A program made the position numbers and the translations under genes. Source: Octopus sinensis (lineage: Eukaryota). From it: DNA of 63,286 bases. The notes under the pieces were generated by a model. That model had not been told where the DNA came from. It saw nothing but the letters and a program-made list of their open reading frames with translations, and ran no database searches. The stretch is taken from NCBI RefSeq assembly GCF_006345805.1, contig NW_021831858.1, forward strand, positions 1 through 63,286. Direction: 5' to 3'. Positions 1 through 12,465 of the stretch are shown here, piece after piece. The stretch's first letter is position 1. Every line of letters starts with the position of its first letter.

Positions 1-224
1 CTCTGTTGTAGACCTTGATCACATGCTGATCGGTTGGAGTCAACTTTTCTGTCTGTTGATACTGGGAAGTTCCAAAGAATGGTGACGCCCTCACCATTTA
101 CTACATCCTCTGGATGGTCTCTGTACTACTCATGGGATTTAAGCATTCCAGTGGATGTACTGCCGTAGTCTGTCATGTTTATGAGGTAATCCTTTTCACC
201 AAGGAATGGGCAGCCGGAAAATAA

Positions 225-226
<2 letters not shown>
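1..226 (-). mobile_element. R4/Dong-type (RLE) non-LTR retrotransposon fragment, zinc-knuckle to endonuclease-proximal region, frameshifted
   Basis: Minus-strand translation across frameshifts: SGCPFLGEKDYL / KHDRLRQYIHW / YRDHPEDVVNGEGVTILWNFPVSTDRKVDSNR, matching the GCP..Y..RHD..IHW..ILW.F...TDR...NRPD pattern of R4/Dong ORFs; abuts (ATT)n. Confidence 0.6.
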
Positions 227-228
<2 letters not shown>

Positions 229-275
<47 letters not shown>

Positions 276-338
276 CATTTTATTATTATATTATTATTAT
301 TATTATCATTATATTATTATTATTATTATTATCATCTA

Positions 339-371
<33 letters not shown>

Positions 372-417
372 GTTATCATTATTATTATATTATTATTATT
401 ATTTATTATTATTATCA

Positions 418-458
<41 letters not shown>

Positions 459-1017
459 GTTATCATTATTTATCATTATTATTATTATTATTATTATATT
501 AATATTATTATTTTATATTATTAAAGCGGTGGAAAGTGGAATCGATAAGCACGCTGGACGAATGCTTAGCGGTATTTCGTCCGCCATTATGTTCTGAGTT
601 CAAATTCCGCTGAGGTCTATTTTGCCTTGATCCTTTGGGCTTTTGGGATCGATGAAATAAGTACCAGTCGAGCACAGGGGTCGATGTAATCGACTTAACC
701 CCTCCCAAGAAATGCTGGTCTTGTGCCAAAATTTGAAATCATCATCATCATATATTGTTATTATTTTATTATATTATTATATTTTATTATATTATTATTA
801 TTTTCTTATCATTATTATATTATTATTATTATTATTATCCTTATTATTATTATCATCATTATTATTATTCTTATCATTATTATTATCATTATTAGTATTA
901 TTATATTATCATTATTATTATCATTATTATTATTATTATTATCATTATATTATTATCATTCTTATCATTTATCGTTATTATTATTATTTATTATTATTTT
1001 CATTATCATTATTATTA

Positions 1018-1066
<49 letters not shown>

Positions 1067-1125
1067 CATCATTATTATTATTATTACTATTATTATTATC
1101 ATTATTATTATTATTATTATTCCTA
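229..1125. repeat. Two degenerate (ATT)n microsatellite blocks (229-520, 741-1125) flanking a SINE
   Basis: Direct reading; source of the poly-L/I/Y ORFs. Confidence 0.95.
524..740 (+). mobile_element. tRNA-derived SINE, family A (central domain MetaSINE-like)
   Basis: B-box GAGTTCAAATTCC, core GATGAAATAAGTACCAG...GGGGTCGATGTAATCGAC, tail CTTGTGCCAAAATTTGAAA shared with many copies in the window. Confidence 0.85.
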
Positions 1126-1134
1126 GTCACTTGT

Positions 1135-1350
1135 AGGCGTTTAGCTGGCAGAATCGTTTACATGCCTGGGATATTGCTTAGCGCCATTTTTTCCAACCCT
1201 TCTTATTCTGAATTTATATATCACTGAAGTTCACTTCATCTTCATCCCTAAGGGGTCAATAAAATAAGAACCAATTGGGATCAAGGGACAATGTAATCAA
1301 TTAGCACCTTCCCCGAATGTTTCAGGTCTTGTGCCAATAATAGAAAGAAA
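1135..1350 (+). mobile_element. Family A SINE, old diverged copy
   Basis: GGCG..AGCTGGCAGAATCG head, TTCATCC..AGGGGTCAATAAAATAAG core, GGTCTTGTGCC tail. Confidence 0.7.
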
Positions 1351-1654
1351 TAATATTTGTCATTTAATTAATATTTTACCAATAAACTTCATCGATTAAT
1401 CGATTAATTGTTCGGTCGATTTCTCAAAATCCTGTCGTTGCTGGTCGCGACCTCATCAATGACACACCCTCTCTACTCCAGATCTGCTTCCGGTCAAAAC
1501 TAATGATAAGGATAAGAGAGTGAATTAGAACTTGCGCGCGTGTTACTATTAGCATAATTACTCTCACGAGATACAATAAAATATATTTCAACACACAAAC
1601 TCACATCAAGAATATTGAAGAGTAAATTTAAAGTACATTATTTAGATTATTTAT

Positions 1655-1742
1655 ATTATTTACATTTGACGGATATTTGTCCTCATCTTGTTTGTTGTTA
1701 ACTCAACGTTTCGGCTGATATACCCTCCAGGCTTCATCAGGC
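1655..1742 (-). mobile_element. Inverted copy of a Penelope-like 3' terminal segment, joined to the head of the next element
   Basis: Reverse complement CTGATGAAGCCTGGAGGGTATATCAGCCGAAACGTTGAGTTAACAACAAACAAG matches 2080-2130. Confidence 0.75.
1700..1740 (-). ncRNA. Minimal hammerhead-ribozyme-like core (PLE type), helix I truncated
   Basis: CUGAUGA-A-GCCUG-(10 nt)-CAGCC-GAAAC-GUU; core intact, one C.C mismatch in stem II. Confidence 0.65.
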
Positions 1743-1809
1743 ATATGGCGTAGTGGTTAATAGCGCGGGTTACTATCCACAAGATTCCCAGTTGGTTTTC
1801 AGGCAGTGA

Positions 1810-1842
<33 letters not shown>

Positions 1843-2130
1843 GAATAGAGAAGAAGAAGAAAGAAGAAAAGAAGAAGAAGAGAAGAGACGAAGAAGAAGA
1901 AGAAGAAGAAAGAAGAAGAAGAAGAAGAGAAGAAGAAGAAGAAGAAGAAGAAGAAGAAGAAAGAAGAAGAAGAGAGATTAACAATTATGATATAATTATA
2001 ATTATAATTATAACAACAACAACATCATCGAAAAATACCTTAGGAATGAGAACCCAGGTTCAAAATTTCCCCAAGACACTTGATGAGGGCTGGAGGGTAT
2101 ATCAGCCGAAACTGTGCTAACAACAAACAA
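1741..2130 (+). mobile_element. Composite element: tRNA-like Pol III head + (AAT)/(AAG) microsatellite + Penelope-like tail with hammerhead motif
   Basis: A-box TGGCGTAGTGG at 1746-1756, degenerate B-box near 1790, microsatellite about 1815-2020, unique tail 2025-2130. Confidence 0.65.
2075..2118 (+). ncRNA. Degenerate hammerhead-like motif
   Basis: GACAC-UUGAUGA-G-GGCUG-(10 nt)-CAGCC-GAAAC-UGUGCU; perfect 5-bp stem II, C3U change, GU of the cleavage triplet lost. Confidence 0.55.
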
Positions 2131-2244
2131 AATTTAATTGTTTTCCATACTTACTTCCATATATATATATATATAAATAATATGCATACATAAACATAAA
2201 TACACAAACATACATGCTTGCATACTTACACATACATATGTGTG

Positions 2245-2300
<56 letters not shown>

Positions 2301-3439
2301 AAATAAAATACTATATACAACCATACACAAACACATACACAGTGCATCTGAAACAATGTAAGCAAAACCAAAGAAACAGATGGCATCCGCTGCAGTTCAT
2401 AGCATTTCCTGAAAATTAAAACTCTCACGCCATATCCACCGCCACCAGTATTCTAATGTTTTTTCACTACAACCATCACCATAATAGTTTACAGTTCAAC
2501 CACAACAAAAGACATCGTTGTAACCAAGACTGCAAAACCTCTCATTCCCTCATATAACCATCCTCACCTTTATCACTACAACCGTAGTTTCCATCGAACT
2601 AGAACGAATTTACATCAGCACCACCATTATTATCAACCACCATTACTATCAACCAACAGGAAATTTACCACCATCAAATCCACAATTAGCGCCACCAGAA
2701 TCACCGCCATTACCATCTAAAGAAATTGTCATTTAGCACAAAAATCCCAAGCGCCATCAACGTAATCCAGTCGTCATTAGCAAAACCACTACAACGCCAA
2801 CGCCACCACCACCATCATTAAATTGTAACCGGCGCCACCCCAACCACATATATGTCCCCAGTGCCACCAGCGCAATCACCTGATCGTCAGCAGTAACCCT
2901 CAACGACGACACCAACCTCTAGCACTCCATAACCGTCATCAGGCCCAGCAACTCAACGGCGACTACCACCACCACCGCCCATATACACGTCATGAGTACC
3001 ACTGCCACGTCCGCAATTGCTTTACCTCTATTAATAATTGGATTAAAGCACCCTCCTTGATATAATGGATAGAACTTATTGAATGAAATCTAAAGACATA
3101 CAGTAAAAATAAATATCACAAAATTGCGACAAAAGAAAACGAGAGGAAAAAAAACACAAGAACCAACTAGAAAAATCAACCCCGACCATACATACATACC
3201 AATACATGCATACACACACACACACACGCACATACATACACCCATACTCATATACTCACATATACACAAAGACAAGAGCAGTGATATAAAAAAAGACAAA
3301 ATTTTGATCGGTTTCTTCTACTCATTCTTCCAGCTCTCATTCACTCAATTCCGCTTTTTCTCGCACATACACACATGGATCGCATGCATGTCCGTATACA
3401 CACAACACACAACAGACACACACACACACATACATATCT

Positions 3440-3456
3440 ATATATATATATATATG

Positions 3457-3502
<46 letters not shown>

Positions 3503-3559
3503 CTTATATAAATAGATAGATAGATATACATATATACATATACATATATATATATATAC

Positions 3560-3630
<71 letters not shown>

Positions 3631-3753
3631 ATATAATATATATACATATATACCTACATATGTAAATATGCATACATATGCTACTAGTTATGTTTATAAA
3701 TGAATGTATTAATGTGTGTATATATATATTAGGTATATATATATATATATATG

Positions 3754-3804
<51 letters not shown>

Positions 3805-3858
3805 CACATAAACACATATACACACATTGATAGACAAAAACAGATAAATCGATCGATT

Positions 3859-3908
<50 letters not shown>
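3440..3908. repeat. (TA)n block followed by (GATA)n
   Basis: Direct reading. Confidence 0.95.
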
Positions 3909-3909
<1 letters not shown>

Positions 3910-4089
3910 TGAGCGGGGTAAATGTATATAAGCATGCTGTGGTGGAGAGAGAGAGGGCGTGGGAAGAGGAAGGGGAAGGTTTGATTGCAAGAGCTTTGTC
4001 CTGGTCTAGTACGTATATTGGCAAAGATGCATGAATACGTCTGTGAAAGAATACCATTAAGCTATATGAGATTTCTTCAGCGTCATTAC

Positions 4090-4142
4090 CGTGTGAATTG
4101 CGGAACTCCTAATGGTGTCCTCAGCCGAGAGTCTCCTGTCGC
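4090..4142 (-). CDS. Weak candidate 53-nt exon (xDRRLSAEDTIRSSAIHT)
   Basis: Minus strand TTTCTTTTCAACATTGATCAG acceptor, ACG/GTAATG donor, GC-richer than flanks; no homology recognised. Confidence 0.15.
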
Positions 4143-4355
4143 CTGATCAATGTTGAAAAGAAATCAGACCTCAGCGGGTAATTACTATGTAGAAAATTTA
4201 CATCTATATATAACCACATGCCATATTTATACTTACGTACATATGCACACGTAGATAGCAACGCATTTCAGTGTGTATTTGTGTATATACATCTATAAAT
4301 TGTATGTATGTGTCGGTTTCCACTCGTTTGTATATATATATATATATATGTGTGT

Positions 4356-4394
<39 letters not shown>

Positions 4395-4780
4395 TATATA
4401 TATATATAGATAAATATATATATATTTGAATGTATTAATTTTGAGAGATGTATATGTATATATTTAGGCATGCTTGTATGTATATATACAGTACTGGTTC
4501 GTGAGAGTGAGTGTGTGTATGAGAGAGAGAGAGAGAGAGAGTTTAAAACATATAAAAAGGACATACGTGTATGTATGCACATAACATACATGTACATCAG
4601 CCTACAGACGTACATGCATTGATGAATGAGAAAATGTATGCATAGCTAAATATAAACTTATTTGTATATGTATGAGCCTATTTAATTCATTTATATACGT
4701 TTCTGTCTAATTTTCTTACCTCTTTATCCATCTATATATATATGTGTATATATATATATATATTATATATATATATATCA

Positions 4781-4814
<34 letters not shown>

Positions 4815-5715
4815 CTATATATATATATATATATTATATATATATATGTATATATGCATATATATGTATATGTAATATATATATGTATATATGTATATAT
4901 ACAAAGATCTTAAGATTTTAAAGAGGCATATAGGTAGATAGATTGATAGATAGATAGAAACATATATTCATATGTGTGCGTGTGTATGTTTATAACTCTA
5001 CATGCGTGTATGCATATATATATATTTATATACATGAGTGTGTATGTCTCTCAGTATATATATATATATATATATATGACTTTAAATTCAAAGTGCATGT
5101 TTATATATATGTATATAGAGAGAGAGAATGAGAGGGAGAAAGAGAGACAGTGAGAGAGTGTGTGTGTCACAAATTAGCATATACAGACCTACATACACAT
5201 GCGAAATGTTTGTATGTAAATGTATGATTCTAAATAAGCGTATGTTTGTATTTGCACCACAGCGTAGTGTGTGTATAGTGCGAGTAATAGTGTGCGTAGA
5301 ATATGTGCGATTTAGCTAAATGAATTATGCACCCTCTTGTCTCCATAGATTTAGAGAATTTATATATTTTCGAAGTTTTTATATATCTATATTTCTTTTT
5401 TACTTCAGCAAAGAAAAGAGAAGAAAATTTTCGGAATAGAAATAAATAATAGATATTGAAAAGAGTCAAAGAAATCAAAGACAATGCCAGAAAAGACAAG
5501 GCAAAGTGAAGGAATTGAGAATTTGGTAAAGAAAATCTAAAGACAGAAAAAAAATAAATGGGTAAAAGAATTTAATGAAAAAATTAGAAAAAATTAATAA
5601 ATCGAAAGTAAAAAATAGAAATCTATAGGAATTGAGAGACAAAGTAATTTAAATACTTACATTAATTCCCCTTCCCAATCACATACATATACACACATGA
5701 GTGAGTATACATATA

Positions 5716-5784
<69 letters not shown>

Positions 5785-5875
5785 CTATATACATATATGC
5801 ATATATATACAATGCATATACATCAACTAATTAATACTATATACATACAAACATGCATCATTACACATACACACA

Positions 5876-5917
<42 letters not shown>

Positions 5918-6019
5918 CGAGAGAAAGAGAGGGACATATAGATTTACATATACATAGGAATATACACACATGTATATGTATATATGGGTTTTCTTGAGTG
6001 TATTTAGATCTAGTTCTCT

Positions 6020-6065
<46 letters not shown>

Positions 6066-7432
6066 ATGTATGCATATCTGTATATATGTATGCATGTAGT
6101 GTAGTGTATGTGTGTATGCATGAATATAAGTAATTAGATAGATAGTTAGATTATAGCCACAAGACTTAGACTAAGAAGAAAGAAATTGTATAAAAAGTAA
6201 TAAGCAAAAGGAAAATGAAAGTAAAAATAGTCATTTGGAAAAGAAAATGCTGAATCTAATAGAAGTATGAGTTTGAATTTAATGAATTTAATAAACCGTA
6301 CGTACACATAGATCTGAATGACGCTTATTATTTCCATTAATCACCTACTACCAAATATCTTTCTCTATTCTTTCAACTGCAGTTGATCTACGAGCAAATC
6401 CGTACAAAAAGATCGTTCATATATCTGTATATCTGTTTGTAAACACACGTGCACATACGAACATATACGCAGAGAGAAGCACAGAGATATATACACGCGT
6501 ACACATATAAATACACACATATATAATTGTGCTCGTGCACACTTAGTTTGTGCGAGCTTCCCCGAGGAAGTTCAATGGAATAGTTGAGGTTTTGATTTTG
6601 CCGTGAACGAATTCACATCTGTGGGGCGGCAATATGTGGCTACCACGAAGCTATGTCCCATCTCTGGCAAATAGTTTAAGCACCTCTATATTCAGAAGTG
6701 ATAACAAAGGAACATGTCAATAGAATAAAGCACAGTAACTGAAAAATAGTATAGAGAAGAAAATTTAGGTAGAGCTGAGCAGCAGAAGTTCTTCAGAAAA
6801 ACCCCGACCCATGCAAGCGTTTTAGCACTTAACTCTTTAACTCTAAGGGGGTCGGGCCGCATCTTAAGTAAGACTCTTGAATGCCCCTCAACTGTCTCAT
6901 TTTCTGCTGTTGTCTGCATTTCTATCCTCTTAGAGGGTCAAGTTGCCACAAACCCAAGGTATTTGGATATTGTAACCAGCTCAGTCGAAGACATCACGCC
7001 GATTGACTGCTGGTAAATTATACCTTTTGACATTCACTTCCAGTCATCCTTTTTATATGCCTGTATGTGCAGTTCATAATTCTATAAGCATGAATATCAC
7101 TTTCTATGTATGTGTACGTGTATATATGTATATATGAAGAGATTGCATATTTATTCTCTCTCAAGACAACTCACTTGTATAACAGCCAGATAATTCGAAA
7201 ATTCGCAATTTTCACGTGACCCTCCTACGTTAATTTTTAATCGTAAACTCCAGAAAGACTCGTATTTCACTTTGTACAAGAAACGAGTCCTCTGATTTGA
7301 AATCAGTTTGGTAAGTGTCAAGCAAAGAAACATCAAATCTTGAGTCGCATTTGCAACTTTTTGGGAGATTCATAATAAACACATACAGATACTCATGTGC
7401 TAGCTCTATTGCTCCAGTTTTCTAGTATATGT

Positions 7433-7464
<32 letters not shown>

Positions 7465-7535
7465 GGGTATGTGTGTGTATGTGTGTGTGCGCGTGTGTAC
7501 GTGTGTATGTGAGTGTGTATATATATATAGTGTAT

Positions 7536-7586
<51 letters not shown>

Positions 7587-7713
7587 TTAATAAGGGGCGA
7601 GAATTAGATACTAATTTAATAGTATATCCATTCAACACAAGTGCCCAGTGCTAGAGTGACCCATATAGTGACCACTCTCTATATTTATTTTATATATATA
7701 TATATATATATAC

Positions 7714-8020
7714 GGAGGGTAATGGCCCAGTGGTTAGGGCAGCGGACTCGCGGTCGGAGGATCGCGGTTTTGATTCCCAGACTGGATGTTGTGTGTCTTT
7801 ATTGAACGAAAACACCTAAAAGCTCTACGAGGATCCGGCAGGAGGGGGGCGACCCCTGTTGTACTCTTTCGCCCCAACTTTATCTCACTCTTTCGTCCTA
7901 TTTCTTGAGTAACGCTGCGATGGACTGGCGTCCCGTCCAGATGGGGGGGAACACATGCGCCATAGAAACCGGGAAACCTGGCCCTGAACCTGGCTAGGCT
8001 TGAAAAGGGCGCATAGCTAA
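7714..8020 (+). mobile_element. tRNA-derived SINE family C (OR1-like)
   Basis: A-box TGGCCCAGTGG, B-box-like GGTTTTGATTCCC, body AAAACACCTAAAAGCTC and tail GCGATGGACTGGCGTCCCGTCCAG shared with 31563-31869. Confidence 0.8.
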
Positions 8021-8069
8021 TAATATATATATATACATTGTATACTATATACATATATACATGTATGTT

Positions 8070-8124
<55 letters not shown>

Positions 8125-8129
8125 TATAT

Positions 8130-8242
8130 GGCCTGCTCGCTTAGCTAGCGGGGTGGCGTCATTCGAAGGCTAAAACAATGCTTACGCATTGTGACCAGCG
8201 ATGTGTACAAACGTCTGATGGTCTGGTCGGTCACGTGATCAA

Positions 8243-8246
<4 letters not shown>
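8130..8246. mobile_element. Short structured GC-rich insertion inside (TA)n
   Basis: 117-bp unique segment with (TA)n on both sides; hairpins ACAATGC/GCATTGT and GACCAG/CTGGTC. Confidence 0.5.
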
Positions 8247-8291
<45 letters not shown>

Positions 8292-8689
8292 TATACATAC
8301 ACAAACACAACACATACATATATACATATTATCTAAAGCTTATTCCAGGTCATATGACTTTGTTTTAACTTTTCTTTTCCAAACGTAGCACGGAATTTTG
8401 TCAAGGACCTCATTAACAGTGCTCTTCTTTTGCATTCGTCTAATTTGTATATGTGTGTGTGTGTGTGCGTGTGCGTATGGTTGTATGTGTATGTGCGTGT
8501 GTGTATTTCTCTGTGTTTGTGTTTGTCTACGTGTGTGTATGTGTATGTGTCCACTGTGAACCAGTATCTATACAAATGTTTGTGCAAATGACACATACGC
8601 ACATACCTTATACTTCGGGACATGTCCTTGGCACACAGTTATGTACGCCTGACTCTGCGTTCTGCGCATGTCACTTGACAAGTATATTA

Positions 8690-9096
8690 GATATATATAA
8701 ATGTGTCTACATGTTTGTATATGTGGTTGTGTATATACACATATATATATATATGCATATATATATATATATGTATATATATATACATATATATATGTAT
8801 GTATATATTTGTATATATTTGTTATATATATGTATATGAATATTATATATACATGTGTATATATATATATGAATATATATATATAAATATATACAAATAT
8901 ATACATACATATATATATGTATATATATACACATATATATATATTCATATAATATAATGTATATATATATATATACATATATATATGTATGTTTATATTG
9001 TATATATTTATATATATATATTCATATATATATATACACATATATATATATATTCATATACATATATATATACAAATATATACGTATGTATATATA

Positions 9097-9127
<31 letters not shown>

Positions 9128-9230
9128 ATATATACATATATATACAATATATATACATACATATACATATATACATATGTATGTGCGTACGTATGTGTGA
9201 ATATCTACACATATATGTATATACGTATCT
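8690..9230. repeat. Long degenerate (TA)/(TACA) microsatellite
   Basis: Direct reading. Confidence 0.95.
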
Positions 9231-9430
9231 ATATTTGTCTATGTGCGTGTGTATGTATGTGTGCGTGTGATGAGTGCGTGTGCGTTATTTCAGGGCGAAT
9301 CAGTCCTTTAGAAATGATGCACGCATACAAAGAGACATCACTTAAACATGTGGATGAGTTCTTTTCATTAGTGCTTTTCAATATTAATCGTGTGATCCTT
9401 ATAGACAAACATAAAGCAATATGTAGATAT

Positions 9431-9472
<42 letters not shown>

Positions 9473-9473
9473 T

Positions 9474-9516
<43 letters not shown>

Positions 9517-9517
<1 letters not shown>

Positions 9518-9820
9518 TGTTTCTTTATTAGCCACACAGGGCTGCACACAGATAGAACAAATTACAAGGTAGAGCTTTTCTTTTGGGGGTAAAAAAAAGA
9601 GAGTGGTGGTTTTCGATCAAAAGGGATCGTAAAAGGAAAGAAAAAAGGACAAAAAAAAGGGAGGGGTTAAAAAAAAGGGGGGGGAGAGAAAAATGAATAA
9701 TAGGGATCGTTATCACAGCAATGTCAATATGAAGTGTAAAGGGGAGGACAGGTGAGGTTTACCCGTGGAAAGAAAAGCCTACGGAAAAGACCACGGTAAC
9801 CTCGGTCAATGAAGTCACAT
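9517..9820 (-). mobile_element. Approx. 305-bp non-autonomous element embedded in (GATA)n; looks like a LINE 3' UTR
   Basis: Same sequence and same two ends as 50261-50569; minus-strand 3' end GCTAATAAAGAAACAT(ATCT)n. Confidence 0.8.
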
Positions 9821-9849
9821 GTTATATATAGATAGACAGAAAGGTAGAT

Positions 9850-9897
<48 letters not shown>

Positions 9898-10568
9898 GAC
9901 AGACAGACAAACAAACAGACAGACAGACAGACAGACAGATAGACATAGAGAGAAAATGGGAGGGGAGGTAAAGGAATATATATATATTGGGTTTTGTTGC
10001 TTTGTTTAACCCCAGGTCCGCCCCTGATGCAGCACATCTACGATGAACGACATTACATCCTGCTTATCCTGGCTTCATATTTTCATAGATAATTTACCGA
10101 GGACAGTGTTGTCGATTGTGTCCTATTTTTTAGGACATGAAGATTTAGCGGCCTTTTTAACATGACGAGTGATTATGTCAAGGTTAATTCTCTAGATCGA
10201 TGGATAATTTGCTAATACCATACCGAGATCACATAACACGTTGCCAAGCGAACTAATGAATGTAAATAGGAAAATACGTTTAAGTTTTAATATCTGTTGT
10301 CCAACCACCCGGTCAGCAGTAGGACAATAGATCGGAACTCCAATTGAGAGTTTTCCTTGGATGCATCAGGATTTGAAACATTTGAGCTCGGTAAATTCTA
10401 CATTTCCGAGTCTGTATAAAATATGGCTTGGTCTTATCAACTATGTGCCATGTTTATTTCCTAGTCTATGAGTTTCCGGGTGAATTGAAACAGAGAGAGA
10501 CAATTTCCCCGATGTCTTGTTCTGAATGGATGTTGATGATGAAGGAAGCGATATATAAGCGTCTTCAA

Positions 10569-11126
10569 AGCGGCGAGCTGGCAGAAACGTTAGCACGCCG
10601 GGCAAAATGCTTAGCAGTATTTCGTCTGTCCCTATGTCCTGAGTTGAAATTCTGCCGAGGTCGACTTTGCCTTTCATCCTTTCGGGATCGATTAAATAAG
10701 TACCAGTTACGCACTGGGGTCGATATAATCGACATAATCCGTTTGTCTGTCCTTGTTTGTCCTCTCCGTGTTTAGCCCCTTGTGGGTAGTAAAGAAATAG
10801 GTATTTCGTCTGCCGCTACATTCTGAGTTCAAATTCTGCCGAGGTCGACTTTGCCTTTCATCCTTTCGGGGTCGATTAAATAAGTACCAGTTACGCACTG
10901 GTGTCGATATGATTTCCTTAATCCGTTTGTCTATCCTTGTTTCTCCTCTCTATGTTTAACCCCTTGTGGGTAGTAAAGAAATAGGTATTTCGTCTGTCTT
11001 TATGTTCTGAGTTCAAATTTCGTCGAGGCCGACTTTGCCTTTCATACCAGTTGCGTACTAGGGTCAATCTAATCGACTGGCCCCTTCCCCAAAAATGTCG
11101 GGCCTTGTGCCTAGAGTAGAAAAGGA
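10569..11126 (+). mobile_element. Family A SINE multimer: head + two 184-bp units + third core with standard tail
   Basis: Unit starts GTATTTCGTCTG at 10617, 10801 and 10985. Confidence 0.9.
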
Positions 11127-11489
11127 TATATAAACGTGTTCACTGGTACAGGATTATAATTTCTTCAGTTGCTATTTGGAAAGCAGTGTTATTCCTAACC
11201 CAATCAGAAAACAAAATAAAGACATCCTCCCACTTATCCATAATCATCACACGGCATTCATCTGTTATCTTGCCAATAATACAGACATCTTTTGTTCATT
11301 CAATGACTAGGGCCATTTATGACGGGTACACAATAATATTTTAATCCTTTAAAGTTAACCGTTAATCCTAGTTGTTTTTAATATTTAATCTGTTCGCAAA
11401 TCCTCGCCAAAAGATTCTAAATCACTGCCATGAATACTCCTGAATGTTTCAAGCAGTCTACGAAATTTTTCCTCTCTCACTCACTCTCA

Positions 11490-11690
<201 letters not shown>

Positions 11691-12324
11691 CAGTATTATA
11701 TATATATATAAATGCATATACAGTATATACATATACGCATGTATGAACTATACCGATATATATACAAATGGGAAAATTACACTTGAATATATATATATAT
11801 ATGGTAAAATACGTGTGTATGTATATATATATATATATACACATACATTTATACATTACATACATACATACATAGAATACATGCTTTTGTGTACACATGC
11901 TTATATACAAACATGCCAATATATCTACATGCAACAAAATATATTCACAAATATTCACACATACAAGTACACATACTAATAAACAAAAAAAAAAATATAA
12001 GGATTGTTAGCACAATCTTTTCCACCTTAATAGTTTCTAGCGAAGTTTTCTTCATTATAGTTTTTCACCGCATTTTTTCCCCACTATATATTTTCTCTCT
12101 GCCACATTCTTAATTTTTCATCTTTTTTGTGTTTCCATGACAACTGTTTAAAGCAAGAAACTGTGTGAAGACCATCAATTATCTTTAGATTTAGTCTCGT
12201 AATGTTCTCATATTTTAACCTATTTGTGAAGCACCGTATTTCGTTGTATTTATTTCTGACCGTTTTTAATAATTTGTATCCACACTAATTGTATTCATTA
12301 TAGTATATGTACGCGTGTATATAT

Positions 12325-12370
<46 letters not shown>

Positions 12371-12388
12371 ATATATTATATACATATA

Positions 12389-12465
<77 letters not shown>

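Noticed and set aside
7175-7224. Minus-strand 50-nt segment reading EGHVKIANFRIIWLLY, reminiscent of kinase EGHxKIADFG, with a GTGAGT donor
   Set aside because: DFG is replaced by NFR, the acceptor has no pyrimidine tract, and no other kinase motif is nearby. A competing + strand 57-nt candidate (7254-7310) shows such signals arise by chance.
10617-11040. 184-bp repeats as a CRISPR array or back-spliced circle
   Set aside because: No spacers or cas genes and a eukaryotic context. The junction does not follow an AG acceptor in the parent sequence, so spliceosomal back-splicing does not explain it.
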